Part shown: one piece after another, positions 38,219-52,169 of the stretch
How positions within the stretch are numbered: the stretch's first letter is position 1
Layout: each line of letters opens with the position of its first letter
Source: Octopus bimaculoides
Taxonomy: Eukaryota
Reading direction: 5' to 3'
DNA: 64,000 nt
Assembly (NCBI RefSeq): GCF_001194135.2
Contig: NC_068997.1
Location: 20,125,342-20,189,341, forward strand
Notes under the pieces: model-generated
What the model saw: only the letters and a program-made list of their open reading frames with translations
Databases searched by the model: none
Told to the model about the DNA's origin: nothing
Translations under genes and position numbers: made by a program

Positions 38219-38263
<45 letters not shown>

Positions 38264-41200
38264 ATATATATATATACACAAGTATAAATCCGTAGGCCTT
38301 CGACCTGTGATTAGTTTGCTAAGTACCAACGTACGAAACACTCGGCCTTTGAGTCACTCTGTTACTTCTGCTAATATATGTGTTTGTGTGATTACACTAT
38401 TGTATGTATGTGCGTGTGTACGTATCTACCTACCTGGAGTGACAGTACAAATGTGCTACATTGCTAGTTGCCAAATCTTTCCTAAACCTTGCTAATACTG
38501 CCAGGCCAGATATAGTTTACCGCTCAAAAGGCTCAATAGACTTTCGAACTGCTTGGCCTGCAATTATCAAGTATTGAGAGAGGGGTCAATCCGATTGATT
38601 ATATTGTCGCCTTGTGCTGATGTTAGAAATCATTATTTTCAGAATGGTGGATGGCAGAATTAGTAGAGAACCGGACAAACTGCTTGTGGTATAACATCAT
38701 TTCATTGTTGCCGGTTGCATAAAATATAGACGAATTTTCATGTTACGCTTGTAAGCAGAGTCCAGCGTAATAAGAATACAATACAAACACGAACGTTGTA
38801 AAATTTCTAAAGAAACTAACAATTATATTTCAACAATTGTTATCCGTCATTTGTATTTAAGAATGATTTTAAAAATTNNNNNNNNNNNNNNNNNNNNNNN
38901 NNNNNNNNNNNNNNNNNNNNNNNNNNNNNNNNNNNNNNNNNNNNNNNNNNNNNNNNNNNNNNNNNNNNNNNNNNNNNNNNNNNNNNNNNNNNNNNNNNNN
39001 NNNNNNNNNNNNNNNNNNNNNNNNNNNNNNNNNNNNNNNNNNNNNNNNNNNNNNNNNNATTGTAATTATACCCAAAAGGAGTATATGTCTTTTGAATATG
39101 CAAAAAGCGAGTGGCCTTGCAGATCGGGTTTCCAACTCGTGAACACAAAATTTAGGTGTTCAATTCCTGGACCTGACGTTGAACAAAGCACTTCGATCGA
39201 CCTACAACAACGTTCTTCATCTTGAGTTTACTTGGTAGAGTGTGATTTGAACTCTGATTGGCTGCATGCAAATGAGTTCATTACTGGGGTCCGGAACTCT
39301 CGTGGGGAAAAAAAAATCTTGCGTCCAGGAACTGGGGCAGTCCTCTCTCTATCTCTCACTCCACCTGCAGTCATATCCTGGGTTTTCTGCTGGATCAAGG
39401 GTGATAGAGGGGTGGAGCAGGAGCACGATGGTGTCTACATCTGCTCGCGACTGCACAGGTGTCTAAAATATTAATTTTTCAATTAACCCAGTTTAACGTA
39501 TAATTAAACGAAAATATTACGATGCTGTCACGTTAACAAAGCTTTCAGTTTTACAAAAGCCTTCACTCTTTTTTAAGAGGAGAGTCATTTATTTATTCAT
39601 TTATTTTCATTTATTTATTATTGGATAGGATATTGAATGTTCGGTTCGGTACATGCCTATTAATTTTTTTCATTTTGCCGAATATAACGTATAATTTAAC
39701 AAAACTAACGCCACTCTTTGGCTTTATCCTCGGTGTTAGTATCACATAAAGCTTTCGTTTTTTGTATTTGTTGTGAGGACGACTGAATAATCGAACACCA
39801 CCCCTCATTCCAATTGAAATATCGGCCTCTCCTCAACAGAAATTATAACGAACTCGTATCAGCTTCTATATCTGAAAATCATTGGCAAATAAGACCTCGT
39901 AATTCATTAGGACGTTAAAATTGCAGTTGAAATCTTCATGAAGTCATTTAAATAAGGGCTGCCCAAATTAATGGGTCGCGGACTAATACTATGCTGTGGA
40001 TCATTTGCTACTGGGCCGTATAGTAAGAATAAACTTTAAAATTTTGACTTCCACATCNNNNNNNNNNNNNNNNNNNNNNNNNNNNNNNNNNNNNNNNNNN
40101 NNNNNNNNNNNNNNNNNNNNNNNNNNNNNNNNNNNNNNNNNNNNNNNNNNNNNNNNNNNNNNNNNNNNNNNNNNNNNNNNNNNNNNNNNNNNNNNNNNNN
40201 NNNNNNNNNNNNNNNNNNNNNNNNNNNNNNNNNNNNNNNNNNNNNNNNNNNNNNNNNNNNNNNNNNNNNNNNNNNNNNNNNNNNNNNNNNNNNNNNNNNN
40301 NNNNNNNNNNNNNNNNNNNNNNNNNNNNNNNNNNNNNNNNNNNNNNNNNNNNNNNNNNNNNNNNNNNNNNNNNNNNNNNNNNNNNNNNNNNNNNNNNNNN
40401 NNNNNNNNNNNNNNNNNNNNNNNNNNNNNNNNNNNNNNNNNNNNNNNNNNNNNNNNNNNNNNNNNNNNNNNNNNNNNNNAAAAAAAAAAGTGTTCTAGGT
40501 GTAAAATAATGTATAGTAAACGAATATGAAGAAAAAAAATTTCACCGACGAACGAGGAAGTGGTGAGAGGACTCGGAACATTCCCGATGTGAATTTTCCG
40601 AGTCCTATCCCCCGCCACCACCACCCGTTTGCTAGCGCGCAGCGCATTCTTTTTTCATATTCGTTTACTACATGTTGTTTTACACCTATTGCACTATTTT
40701 TTCTCTTTTTTTTTTTTTTTTGCTCGGTTCAAACACTGGAGTTTGACCGAAAAAAGTAGGGAACCGCTGATTTAAAGAACAATAACGCTGGATTGACTCG
40801 TCCACCACATAGAAAACTCTATCGGATAACTTGAAAGCATCACAATTGTTTCTGACTTAAGGAACAGGGCCAGCTAATTTAAGGAGAGAAGGTCGGTCGA
40901 TATCATTGACCTCAGTACATGACATTTATTCTATCAACCTCCGAAAGGATTAAAGGCCAAGTTGGCCTCGTTGGAATTCGAACTCTGGCGTTAAAGAGCC
41001 GGAACAAATACTGCGAAGTATTTTCATTCTGACGCTCTAACGATTCTGCTAGCTCCACCACTCTATAGAGTATATTAATGAAACTCTCTTCCTTTCATAT
41101 GTGAACTCTGCAGCCACAGTGTACGTAATTATTGATAATTGAGACAGTGGAATAAATTCTCAGCCGGAGGAAAAAAGAAAAAGTTTGACGTTTTTGAAGC

Positions 41201-41559
41201 AGAAACGGAGAGAGATTACATGTTTACTGTAAACATTTAATCACTCTGAAAAGTCTCGTCTTCCTTGCGGCATAAAATTTATGCTACTGTTTGAACTCTT
41301 TGTATTGCTATTTGCCAACACAGAGCATTTCTAGTTTCTTCAGAATCTGATGGTTTATTATATACAGATCGGTGGACTGAGCTTGTGAATGTTAAGTGTA
41401 TTTCACCAGAAATACATGGTAGTATTCATACCTCGGAGTCAGCCGCCATAGCTATCGTTCTATCTTTAGTTTGCAGACCGTCTCATCAACTATCTAAAAA
41501 TGCCAATTCTTAAATTTCCCAAAATAACTTTTGCTGTCTCTGTTTCTACAGTAACTTAA

Positions 41560-41830
41560 ATGTCAAAAAGCATTGCAACATTTCTCGTTCTACATTGAGG
41601 ACTTTCAACAAGACTCTCGTCTCTCTGAGGTCATCTTCATTGGCGATTTCCATAAGCATAACTTTTGATAGCTTTTTCACACCATCTGCTTTGACGCAAC
41701 TGGTTTAGCGACTGCATTATCTGCTTTCGTAAATAATCTATACTTCTCACTTTCACCTTTACTTTCTCTCCGATCGATCTTCTGACTTTCCAAACGTATT
41801 TGATCTTTACCGCACATCAACACCCATATT
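41560..41830 (+). mobile_element. LINE apurinic endonuclease (EEP) remnant, Jockey/CR1-like
   Basis: FYIEDFQQDSRLSEVIFIGDFHKH (GDFN.H motif) followed by DATGLATALSAFVNNL and a decayed PTR..D...LDL region. Confidence 0.5.
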
Positions 41831-43429
41831 TTATTCAAACATTTTCTTTTCCCTCGTCCACATAATTTACACCGCAACAAAAATTCACAACAAAGTCATT
41901 TAAAATTAACCATACAGACTTTTGTAACATTTGTTTCCTTGTCCCAGATTTTCATTCAAATTTCCAGTATTTTTAAGGGTTATTTTTAGTACGAGGATGG
42001 GGTAACTCATCAGGTTATGTTTCTACTTTCACTTTCGCATTAGTTGTTAGTACGAGTTCGTTCGGTGGCCAACGAAGTTTTTTTTTTTTTTTGTATTTAG
42101 TTTGTTAGGTTCGGGCATATGTGTGTGTGTGGTTGAAAAATTTGCTTCGTAACCACGTGGTTTCGGGTTCAGTCCCACTACGCTACACCTTGGGTAAGAG
42201 TTTCACACTACAGCCCCAGGCCGACATATCCCCGGTCCGTTCATTGTCTCATTAGAGAATTTGGTAGGTGGAAACNNNNNNNNNNNNNNNNNNNNNNNNN
42301 NNNNNNNNNNNNNNNNNNNNNNNNNNNNNNNNNNNNNNNNNNNNNNNNNNNNNNNNNNNNNNNNNNNNNNNNNNNNNNNNNNNNNNNNNNNNNNNNNNNN
42401 NNNNNNNNNNNNNNNNNNNNNNNNNNNNNNNNNNNNNNNNNNNNNNNNNNNNNNNNNNNNNNNNNNNNNNNNNNNNNNNNNNNNNNNNNNNNNNNNNNNN
42501 NNNNNNNNNNNNNNNNNNNNNNNNNNNNNNNNNNNNNNNNNNNNNNNNNNNNNNNNNNNNNNNNNNNNNNNNNNNNNNNNNNNNNNNNNNNNNNNNNNNN
42601 NNNNNNNNNNNNNNNNNNNNNNNNNNNNNNNNNNNNNNNNNNNNNNNNNNNNNNNNNNNNNNNNNNNNNNNNNNNNNNNNNNNNNNNNNNNNNNNNNNNN
42701 NNNNNNNNNNNNNNNNNNNNNNNNNNNNNNNNNNNNNNNNNNNNNNNNNNNNNNNNNNNNNNNNNNNNNNNNNNNNNNNNNNNNNNNNNNNNNNNNNNNN
42801 NNNNNNNNNNNNNNNNNNNNNNNNNNNNNNNNNNNNNNNNNNNNNNNNNNNNNNNNNNNNNNNNNNNNNNNNNNNNNNNNNNNNNNNNNNNNNNNNNNNN
42901 NNNNNNNNNNNNNNNNNNNNNNNNNNNNNNNNNNNNNNNNNNNNNNNNNNNNNNNNNNNNNNNNNNNNNNNNNNNNNNNNNNNNNNNNNNNNNNNNNNNN
43001 NNNNNNNNNNNNNNNNNNNNNNNNNNNNNNNNNNNNNNNNNNNNNNNNNNNNNNNNNNNNNNNNNNNNNNNNNNNNNTATATATATATATATATATATAT
43101 ATTCTCTCTTAAGATATTATGCTCAGGTCATATAAATATAAATTTAATATATACTTGATATTTACTGAGTATTAATTGAAATAACTGTAAATGAAGATGT
43201 TTAATTTGCTGATAATAATAAACAATTATTAACTTCCCACTCTCTGTTTTCTTTTTCTTCTTTTATATGAATATAAACTATGTTTTTATATGTACACCTA
43301 TTATTTTAAGGAAATTTATTTCCCAAAAATACTAGGTGTTGAACCAGTATTTCCTTGGATGAAACCATCCCTTCTTGAGGTTATCACAACCTCTAGTCAT
43401 ATATGTATGTATGTATGTATGTATACGTA

Positions 43430-43765
43430 CGTATGTTTTATAAAATGGTTCAGTAGTTAAAGCTCACAATCATGAGGTAGTGAGTTTGATTCCCAGACTG
43501 GGCTGTGTGCTGTGTTCTTGAACAAGCAAAAAACTTTAATTCACATTGCTCCAGTTCACTCATCTGTAGAAATGTCACTAGTGCCAAACTGTATCAACCT
43601 TTGCCTTTCCCTTGGATAACATCAGTGGTGTAGAGAGAGGAGGCTGGTATGCATGGGTAACTGCAGGTATTCCATAGACAACCTTGCCCAGACTTGTGCC
43701 TCAGAGGGGAACTTCATAGGTGCAATCCCATGGTCATTCATGACCAAAGGGGGTCTTTACCCTAA
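43430..43765 (+). mobile_element. tRNA-derived SINE, second family (copies also at 52580-52885 and 56145-56475)
   Basis: tRNA head, then ttcacattgctccagttcactca core, and gcctttcccttggataacatc...cccatggtcattcatgaccaaagggggtctt tail, repeated at 56.1-56.5 kb. Confidence 0.75.
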
Positions 43766-45535
43766 TTCAATTAATGAGATATACTAACAATATAAACGGT
43801 GAAGAAGTGCTTTGAAAATTGGCTTGGCTAGTCTTCTCAAACGCAGCATATCGCCCATCGTTTGAAGGGTGTTTTTTTACGTGCCAGTCAAGCGAAACTG
43901 GCATCAGTCACGACTACAATCTCACTTGGCTTGACAGGTCTTCTCAAGCACAGGTCTCAGTCACTTGTCATTACCTCCGTGAAGTCCAACATTCAAAGAT
44001 GCAGTTGACTAAACCAATCAAGGCAATACCCCAGCATGGCCACAGATAATGATTGGAACAAATAAATGAAGAAATATCTTTTTATATTTGATTCTAAAAC
44101 TTTTATATCTTTATTAATTCTATAAACCCGCTCTCTCCACCATCCAATCCTTTACTTCACCGCTAACTTCTCTGGTTTTTATTCAAAATCATTAAATTGT
44201 CCATTATATTAAATACATATTAATAGTCTGTTTCATTATTGTACACGTTTTATTAACCTATTTCATTTATTTACTGCTCGTTATGGTGAGTAATAAATTT
44301 TTCATTCAAGGTATAATTTAAAATTCTTTTATATTCTTATCTGTTTCCATTCTTTACTTTACAACCATAACTTTTAGATAATTGTAATCATTTGTTTCAT
44401 AAAGACACTGCTGGTCTCTTGTTATTGGTAGTTAGTCATTGCTAATTAAGTTGGCACTAGTTTTTATATAATCTCTATTTTAATTTTCTTTTTTTTTTTT
44501 TTTGCAGTCATGTTTAGTTATGATGCTATCACTGGTAATTGTTTCTCACATTTTAACTACTATAGGTGCAGGCATGGCTGTGTGGTAAGAAGTTTGCTTC
44601 CCAACCACATGGTTCCAGGTTCAGTCACACTGTGTGGTTCTTTGAGCAAGTGTCTTTTACTATAGCTCCAAGTTGACCAAAGCCTTGTGAATGGATTTGG
44701 GAGACGGAAACTGAAATAAGCCTGTTGTATATGTGTGTGTGTGTAGATATAGATATATATATATCCAAGTCAAAAGACTGAAGCAAGTAAAAGAATAAAA
44801 GAATATTTACGTGTGTGTGTCCTTCATATCTGTGTTTATATCCCACCACCGCTTGACAACTAGTAACTTAGTGGTTTGGCAAACGAGACTGATAGAATAA
44901 ATATCAGGTTTAACAAAAAAGAAAAAAAATACTGGAATCAATTCATTCAACTAAAAATTCAAGGTGGTGCTCCAGCATGGCCACAGTCTAATGATTGAAA
45001 CATGTAAGAGATTCACTCTCAAACTTATATTTGAGTACTTTAATATGGCCGATTATAGCTTCTTTGGAACTTGTAACACTCCGAAATGTGTGGGGGTGTG
45101 TGGCGACAGAACTAGCAGTCCAAAATGTGTCAAATATAAAAACTAGTCTACCTGATTTAGTTATAAATGTAAGAACTCTAGCTATAAATGCAGTTTCATA
45201 TTGGTAGTAAAATGTAAGGTAGCTGATTGTTAATGCAACTATAGGAATAGTTGTAACAACATCATCCAATCAGTCTTTCTTTTACTGTTCATTGTGAGAT
45301 TTATATAAGCATGACAGACATTTACGTCTATATTATGTGTCTAATGCATTTATTTAATTTATGAATGCAGCTGCACTGGTGTGGCTGTACAGTTGAGAAG
45401 CTTGGTTCCCAGCCATGCATCTCAGATTTAGTGATACTTTGCTACTTGGGCGAGTATTTTCTGCTATAGCTTTAGGCTGACCAAAACCTTGTAAGTGAAT
45501 TTGGTAGAGGGAAACTGAAAGAAGCCTACCATGTA

Positions 45536-45589
<54 letters not shown>

Positions 45590-46115
45590 CACACACANNN
45601 NNNNNNNTGTGTATATATATGTATATATATACACACACACATATATGTATATGTGTGTGTGTATGTATACATGTGCTGGCACCATGTAATAGGCACCCAT
45701 ATTGGCACCACTTCTGCCATTGTCCAAAGGGTCCCTCTTTTTGAGGTAGTAAGGTGTGATTTGAAGGATATTTGACTGCTATTTCTAACAGGTCAAATTA
45801 TGTAAGTCTTTGATGTATTAGGCAAAGAGTCTAGTTGAATGCATAGAACTTAGGACTTTGGGCTTTCACAAGTTCTAGGGCTCAAAAGAGTGGACCTTAA
45901 CCTGGTATCCATGGCATATAAGTGACTAAGATTACAATATTCTTCCCCTGGACATGACATTAGTCTGTCGAAGGGTAAACTTTCCAGCTATTTACATTTA
46001 CAGCTGAGTGAACTGGAGTAGCATGAATTGAAGTGGTTCGCTCAAGAACACAATGAAGCACCCAGTTTGGGAATTGACACTACAATCTTACAATCATGAG
46101 TACAACACCCTAACC

Positions 46116-46440
46116 CAGTGGTTCTCAACCAGGATTCATATAGACCCTGATGGTCCATATAAGATTTTGTGGGGTCCATGCTACAAAATAGTACATTGGG
46201 CATCCACAATAGTATTTTAAGGGCCCGTGAAAAAAGTTTACTTTAGATGTATGTATTGGTATGTATTGCAAGAAACAGCCAGCATAACCTACAGAAGTTA
46301 AAGTATGATAAACAAAACACAAATTTTGAAAGAAGTATAAAACTAGTTTTTAAACATTGAATGATGGCTATGGGGGATGTCCACCAGAATGAAATAGTAA
46401 TCAAAGGGGTCCATAGATATAAAATGGTTGAGAACCCCTG
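46116..46440. mobile_element. hAT (Charlie-like) MITE inserted into a SINE
   Basis: TIRs cagtggttctcaacc and ggttgagaacccctg, TSD ccctaacc/ccctcacc. Opposite orientation to the 18951 copy. Confidence 0.85.
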
Positions 46441-47798
46441 CCCTCACCATTAGACCAATTTCCCAGTGATTAGGTGGGAAAGGCAGACAAATTCAAGTCT
46501 TATACATGCAGAATGAATGTAGGTCAGAAAGATTGCTATCAGGACACACTTTGAAAGTGCAATCTGCCAAGAAACTCTACAATTCAAGAGATGTATGACA
46601 GAGAGAGCCCATAAGCAAGCAGTAGTTTGTAAGTGATTTTGGTCAGTGTGTGCTGCTGTTCCTCCTCAAAAGGGTCAAGAATATCTGGTAGTAATAAATG
46701 ATCTTACATGCTGAATGTATTATTAATAAAATATGGAATAAAAAAAAATATATAAAACAAAAACAAAACTGAATGAATATGATAATGTTGAAATTTCCAT
46801 AGATGCAGACACGTCCACTTAACTAGAATGTTAATTGTATAGTTCAATATTTCTTGTTGAAGGCCAAATTGACATTTATCCAGTTATACCTCGATTATAC
46901 TACACTAATTTTCCACTCTGCATTTCTCCCTTATCTTTCATACTCTTTCTCTTACTCCTTTATCATCATTACTCCATTAAATCTCTCTCCCTGTTATTCG
47001 TTGTGCTATCTTCCATTTTGTTTGTCTTTCTTTCTCATGCCTTTTCCTCTATTGTCTAGTCTACTGTCTCTTTTATCTGTCTGTCTATCTCTCTCTTAAT
47101 TTCTCTTGGGTTTTTCTCTTTTTCTCTTCTCACTCTCTCTTATATTACCTTTTCCTTTCTCCATATCTCACATTATCACTCTCAAATTCTCTAAATCATT
47201 ATTCATTAATTATCCTCCTGATATAGTCCAACATCAGAAGAATCGCCATTTTACTTTATTTGAAACAAACCTGCAATTTAGCTTTGGAAGCTCATTTTCA
47301 TTGGTCAAAACTTGGACAATGTTACTTCATTGGTGGAAATTTAAGACAGCAAATTTGAAATTAATGAATCTATTGATATTGAAAGAATAAAGAAACAAAT
47401 GACAACCCTGTGGAGTCTGTACATAAATATAATGAACTTGACCTATTTGTGGCTTTAATAATAAGATTAAGAAATTACGTAACACATAAATTAATTAACT
47501 CTTTAAAACAAAATAATTCTTGACTTGCTCTTCAAATTTTGTTTTAAATTTATTAATATAATCTCAAAATTGTCCTTCCTGATTAGAGTTAATACATTCA
47601 TACACTCTCTGGTGTGTTCCATAATTAATACTAATTATCAAAGCCACAAATTCATATGATTTATTCTAGAAAATGAATGACTAAGCAAAATGACTCCTCA
47701 GGGGCGCCTGCTGCATGAGACATTGGCTGTTATATAGTGTAAGGTATATCGTTGTGAGAACAGTGTGTCTCATAAGCTCTTGGTTTGATAATTTTCAG

Positions 47799-47918
47799 TG
47801 CTACTGCAACCTTTGTTGTCATACAGTCCATCCTCTGTTCACTCTAAGCTGTCTGCATGCATATTTGCTGACATGTTTTGCAGCTAGTGCACAAAAGAAA
47901 TTAATGTGGACACAAAAG
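47799..47918 (+). CDS. Candidate host-gene exon (120 nt; alternative acceptor at 47884 gives ASAQKKLMWTQK)
   Basis: Acceptors ggtttgataattttcag and tttgctgacatgttttgcag, donor AAG|gttagt. Not phase-continuous with 55540 unless another exon lies between. Confidence 0.25.
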
Positions 47919-48062
47919 GTTAGTTATGTGCAATGTTGTAATAATTAATATAATTATTATACACACACATTTATGTATATGTATATATGACATATTTACC
48001 GATACAAATATATGTATATCTTTATGTATGCATGTGTGTGTAGGTATGTATATTGGTCTCTG

Positions 48063-48120
<58 letters not shown>

Positions 48121-48697
48121 NNNNNNNNNNNNNNNNNNNNNNNNNNNNNNNNNNNNNNNNNNNNNNNNNNNNNNNNNNNNNNNNNNNNNNNNNNNNNNNN
48201 NNNNNNNNNNNNNNNNNNNNNNNNNNNNNNNNNNNNNNNNNNNNNNNNNNNNNNNNNNNNNNNNNNNNNNNNNNNNNNNNNNNNNNNNNNNNNNNNNNNN
48301 NNNNNNNNNNNNNNNNNNNNNNNNNNNNNNNNNNNNNNNNNNNNNNNNNNNNNNNNNNNNNNNNNNNNNNNNNNNNNNNNNNNNNNNNNNNNNNNNNNNN
48401 NNNNNNNNNNNNNNNNNNNNNNNNNNNNNNNNNNNNNNNNNNNNNNNNNNNNNNNNNNNNNNNNNNNNNNNNNNNNNNNNNNNNNNNNNNNNNNNNNNNN
48501 NNNNNNNNNNNNNNNNNNNNNNNNNNNNNNNNNNNNNNNNNNNNNNNNNNNNNNNNNNNNNNNNNNNNNNNNNNNNNNNNNNNNNNNNNNNNNNNNNNNN
48601 NNNNNNNNNNNNNNNNNNNNNNNNNNNNNNNNNNNNNNNNNNNNNNNNNNNNNNNNNNNNNNNNNNNNNNNNNNNNNNNNNNNNNNNNNNNNNNNNN

Positions 48698-48753
<56 letters not shown>

Positions 48754-49319
48754 GCTTTAAGTGATGATGTACCATGTAAAAATATGTCCTATTTAGGCTG
48801 AAAGGGAGTATATGTATGCAACTATATACATAAGCTCCCTTTCAGACTTCCATTTTTGATCCAGCAAAACACCTAGGATGCAACAGCCAGAGGGAGAGAG
48901 AAGACAGTGCCAACAGTCAACTGGTACCTAATACAGATGACTTGACTGAAATGACGGTCTTTGCCCAATGACACAGTATACCACCTGGTCCAGGTATCAA
49001 ACTCCTAAACTCATAATCATGAGTCCAGTTCCTTAACCACTTGGCAACATAGCTGGTTGCGACATAACTGTAACAACTGATGTAGAAGTTAAAAGAAAAT
49101 AACCCAGACATCATCATTAAGGATTAATCTGGGGAAAAAATATTTCTCCATCAATATATCAATATTTCATCAATATATCAATCTGTTTTGATCAAAATGT
49201 TGTTTTGAAAGATAATCAATATATTCATTTAACAGAAGAGAAGGTGACGGGCGGTCAAATTGCTAGAGTGTCAGAAAACTAATGTGTAGTATTTAGATAT
49301 AACTATTTGCATTTTCTAC

Positions 49320-49990
49320 TAGGTGCTGGCATGGCTATGTGGTAAGAAATTTGCTTCTCTATCACACACACACACATGATAGGCTTCTTTCAGTTTTTTA
49401 TTTCTTTACTGCCCACATGAGGCTACACACAGAGGGTATAAAAAAGGACAGACAAACGGATTAAGTCAATTACATCAACCCCAGTGCATAACTGGTACTT
49501 ATTTAATCGACCCCGAAAGGATGAAAGGCAAAGTCGACCTCGGCAGAATTTGAACTCAGAATGTAACAGCAGATGAAATACCGGTAGGCATTTTGCCCGG
49601 CCTGCTAACGTTTCTGCCAGCTCGCTACTTTTATTTCTTTATTGACCACAAGAGCCTAAATATAGAGGGGACAAACAAGGACAGACAATGGGATTAAGTC
49701 GATTACATCAACCCCAGTGCGTAACTGGTACTTAATTTATTGACCCCGAAAGGATGAAAGGCAAAGTCGACTTCAGTGGAATTTGAACTCAGAACGTAGC
49801 GGCAGACGAAATAACGCTAAGCATTTCGCCCGGCGTGTTAACGTTTCTGCCAGCTCGCCGCCTTTCAGTTTCTTTCAGTTTCTATCTACTAAATCCACTC
49901 GCAAGGCTTTGGTCAGCTTAAGGTTATAGTAGAAGGCATTTTCCCAATGTATCATGAAATGGGACTGAATCTGAGACCATGTTGTGGTTT
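49320..49990. mobile_element. SINE split by a tandem pair of younger SINEs
   Basis: Two about 230-bp head-to-tail units (about 49400-49630 and 49630-49865) sit within ctttcagttt of an older SINE. The sequence ctttcagttt is repeated on both sides. Confidence 0.7.
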
Positions 49991-50899
49991 ACTGCCATAG
50001 TAGGTCCAGTATATTGAATTGTCCAGGGTCCTGTATTCTTGCTAAGATGGCCCTGCATATTCCAATGATAAAGGCTGGAATATCTTTCATCTTAGATCTG
50101 CTTGACTTATGACAAAACAAGGGCAATATTTATTTGCAATGTTTGTAAATAAATATAGATTGACAAATATAAATAGGTGTTATGTCAAGGTTGTCTATGT
50201 CTCTAGTCATCTCAACAAACATATTCTCTGTTCATTTCTAACTTAACAATTGGCTAATCAATTATTTGCTTCTAATTTGTTCCTCACATACGTAAATAAT
50301 TTTAAACTCATCCAAATATTACCAATTACAGTTATGACTTACCATTCTCTTGAAAACCTAATGAATATTATTTTTTACATCTTCTGAAAACAGAAATCTT
50401 TATTATTATTATTATTTTTTTTTTTTGTTATCTCAGTTTTACTACAAAACAAAGTAAACCAAGATTTAGAAGTCAGTTTTAATTTGAAATTATTCTAAAT
50501 ATTTATTGAAGGAAAAATGAATTGTTTTTTTTTAGTTTTCATTCATATTTACCATATTTATTGATACTGTAATTATAAATTCAGATTTTGTTATATTTTC
50601 TGTTTTACTAATTCTATTAGAATTCATTGCTTTTAATATTCCATCTAGTTACTCTTGTCATATTGTCATTTATTTGGCCTCATTACAATTTCCTATTTTA
50701 ACGATCCTTGTTATCGGCTAATTATATAGAATTTTATTGAAGTAGGCGATGTATCACTCTCTTTGTTTTGATTGAATTAAACATTAGTTTCGGAGATTTA
50801 CTTTTTTCTTTCATTTAGTTACATTTTATTTCTTCTGAATATAATAATTGTCTGAAATAACACGGATATTAATAATAATAATAATGATAATAACAACAT

Positions 50900-51270
50900 C
50901 ATCATCATCATTTAACATCCATTTTCCATGATAGTATGGGCTGGACAATTTGGTAGGAGCCTACCAGGCTCCAGTTGTTTGTGTTGGCGTGGTTTCTATG
51001 GCTGGTGCCCTTTCTAATGCCAACCACTTTACAAAGAGTGCTGGGTGCTTTATTATATGGAGCCAGCATGGGTGCATTTTATGTGGCACCTGCACATGTG
51101 CTTTATGCATGGCACCGGCATGGGTGTTTCTTTTGTGACACCTGTACAGATGCTTTTTACTTGACACTGGCATGAGTGCTTTTATGTGAGTTTGGCACAG
51201 GTACTTTTTTACATGGCACTGGCACAGGTGCATTTTACAGATGGCACCAGCACAACAATAATAGTTCTTT
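50900..51270. repeat. Octopus-type retroposon tail with an internal about 25-bp minisatellite
   Basis: Starts catcatcatcatttaacatcc...ttccatg. About 8 decayed units resembling ggcaccggcacaggtgcttttacat at 51040-51252. Related sequence lies at 59550-59890. Confidence 0.65.
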
Positions 51271-51658
51271 CTCATTATGGAATAAAGCCAAAATTTTTGA
51301 GGGGTTGGAGAAGTTGGTTACCTCAACTCTTGTGTGTGACTGGTATGCTTTTTTTTTACCCCAAAATGATGAAAAGTAAAGTTGATCCAGACAGAATTTT
51401 AACTTGGCATGATGATAATAATTCTTTATAATTTTTGCTCTAGGCCAGCAGTTTTAGAGGAGAGGGGAAGTCACTTATATTGAACCCAGTGTGCAACTGG
51501 TACTTATTATACAGACGCTGAGAGGATGAAAGTGAAGTTGACTTTGGTGGAATTTGAACTCAGTACCTAAAGCTAGAAGAAATGCCACTACACATTTTAT
51601 CCAATATGCTAATATTTCTGCTTCCTCACCACCTTAATAATGATAATAATAGGCACAC

Positions 51659-51830
51659 TTGCAGAAAACAGCACTGCTTGGGACTGCTCGAATACTCCGG
51701 ATGGTACTCAAAAAATAAGGGTCTTACCTTAGTTCACTGGTAGTTAACAGCTGACACCGTAGTACATTTCCAGCATTAGAAGCTATGCAAAGACAATAAA
51801 ATAATAATGATAATAATACTAAGAAGAAGA
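51659..51830 (+). mobile_element. 3' end of an RLE-type (R4-like) non-LTR retrotransposon
   Basis: LQKTALLGTARILRMVL* is the characteristic C-terminus, followed by a 3' UTR and a (TAA)n tail. Confidence 0.65.
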
Positions 51831-52169
51831 AGAATAATCTCTTCTATAAGGTACAAAACCTGAAATTTTGATGGAGATGGCTAGTTGATTACATTGACCC
51901 CAATGCTCACCTGGTACTTATTTTATCAACCCCCAAAGGATGAAAGGCAAAGCTGACTTTAGTGGAATTTGAACTTGGAACTTAAGGTCAGAAAAATATT
52001 GTAAAATGGTTAACTACCATAAAACAAGCACAATAGTAGATACCATTTTATGAATTTCATAAAACAGATAATATAATTTGTTATTAAATATACAATCAAT
52101 AACAAAACTTGCAACCAACATATTTGACAAAGCATTATGTTTTATAAATACCTTGTACTTTTTTATAAA

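Noticed and set aside
38720-39190. Possible CR1-like 3' remnant (ILCSRVGNP resembling EYCSPVWNP)
   Set aside because: A single weak motif split by an assembly gap, not enough to list as a feature.
41550-41880. Minus-strand ORF 41677-41880 and the peptide MLMEIANEDDLRETRVLLKV
   Set aside because: Better explained as the antisense of a plus-strand LINE endonuclease remnant (GDF.H motif).
44988-45269. 93-aa minus-strand ORF and overlapping plus-strand ORFs
   Set aside because: No recognisable motif or splice support, and one end runs into a SINE tail.
4064-48801. Long ORF-track entries rich in X, HT, YI, CV, MYVC or RE
   Set aside because: They are translations of N gaps and (CA)n/(TA)n/(TATG)n/(GA)n microsatellites, not genes.
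50427-50443. 17-nt microexon after a long poly-T tract
   Set aside because: Its phase does not bridge exon 47918 (phase 0) and exon 55540 (phase 1).
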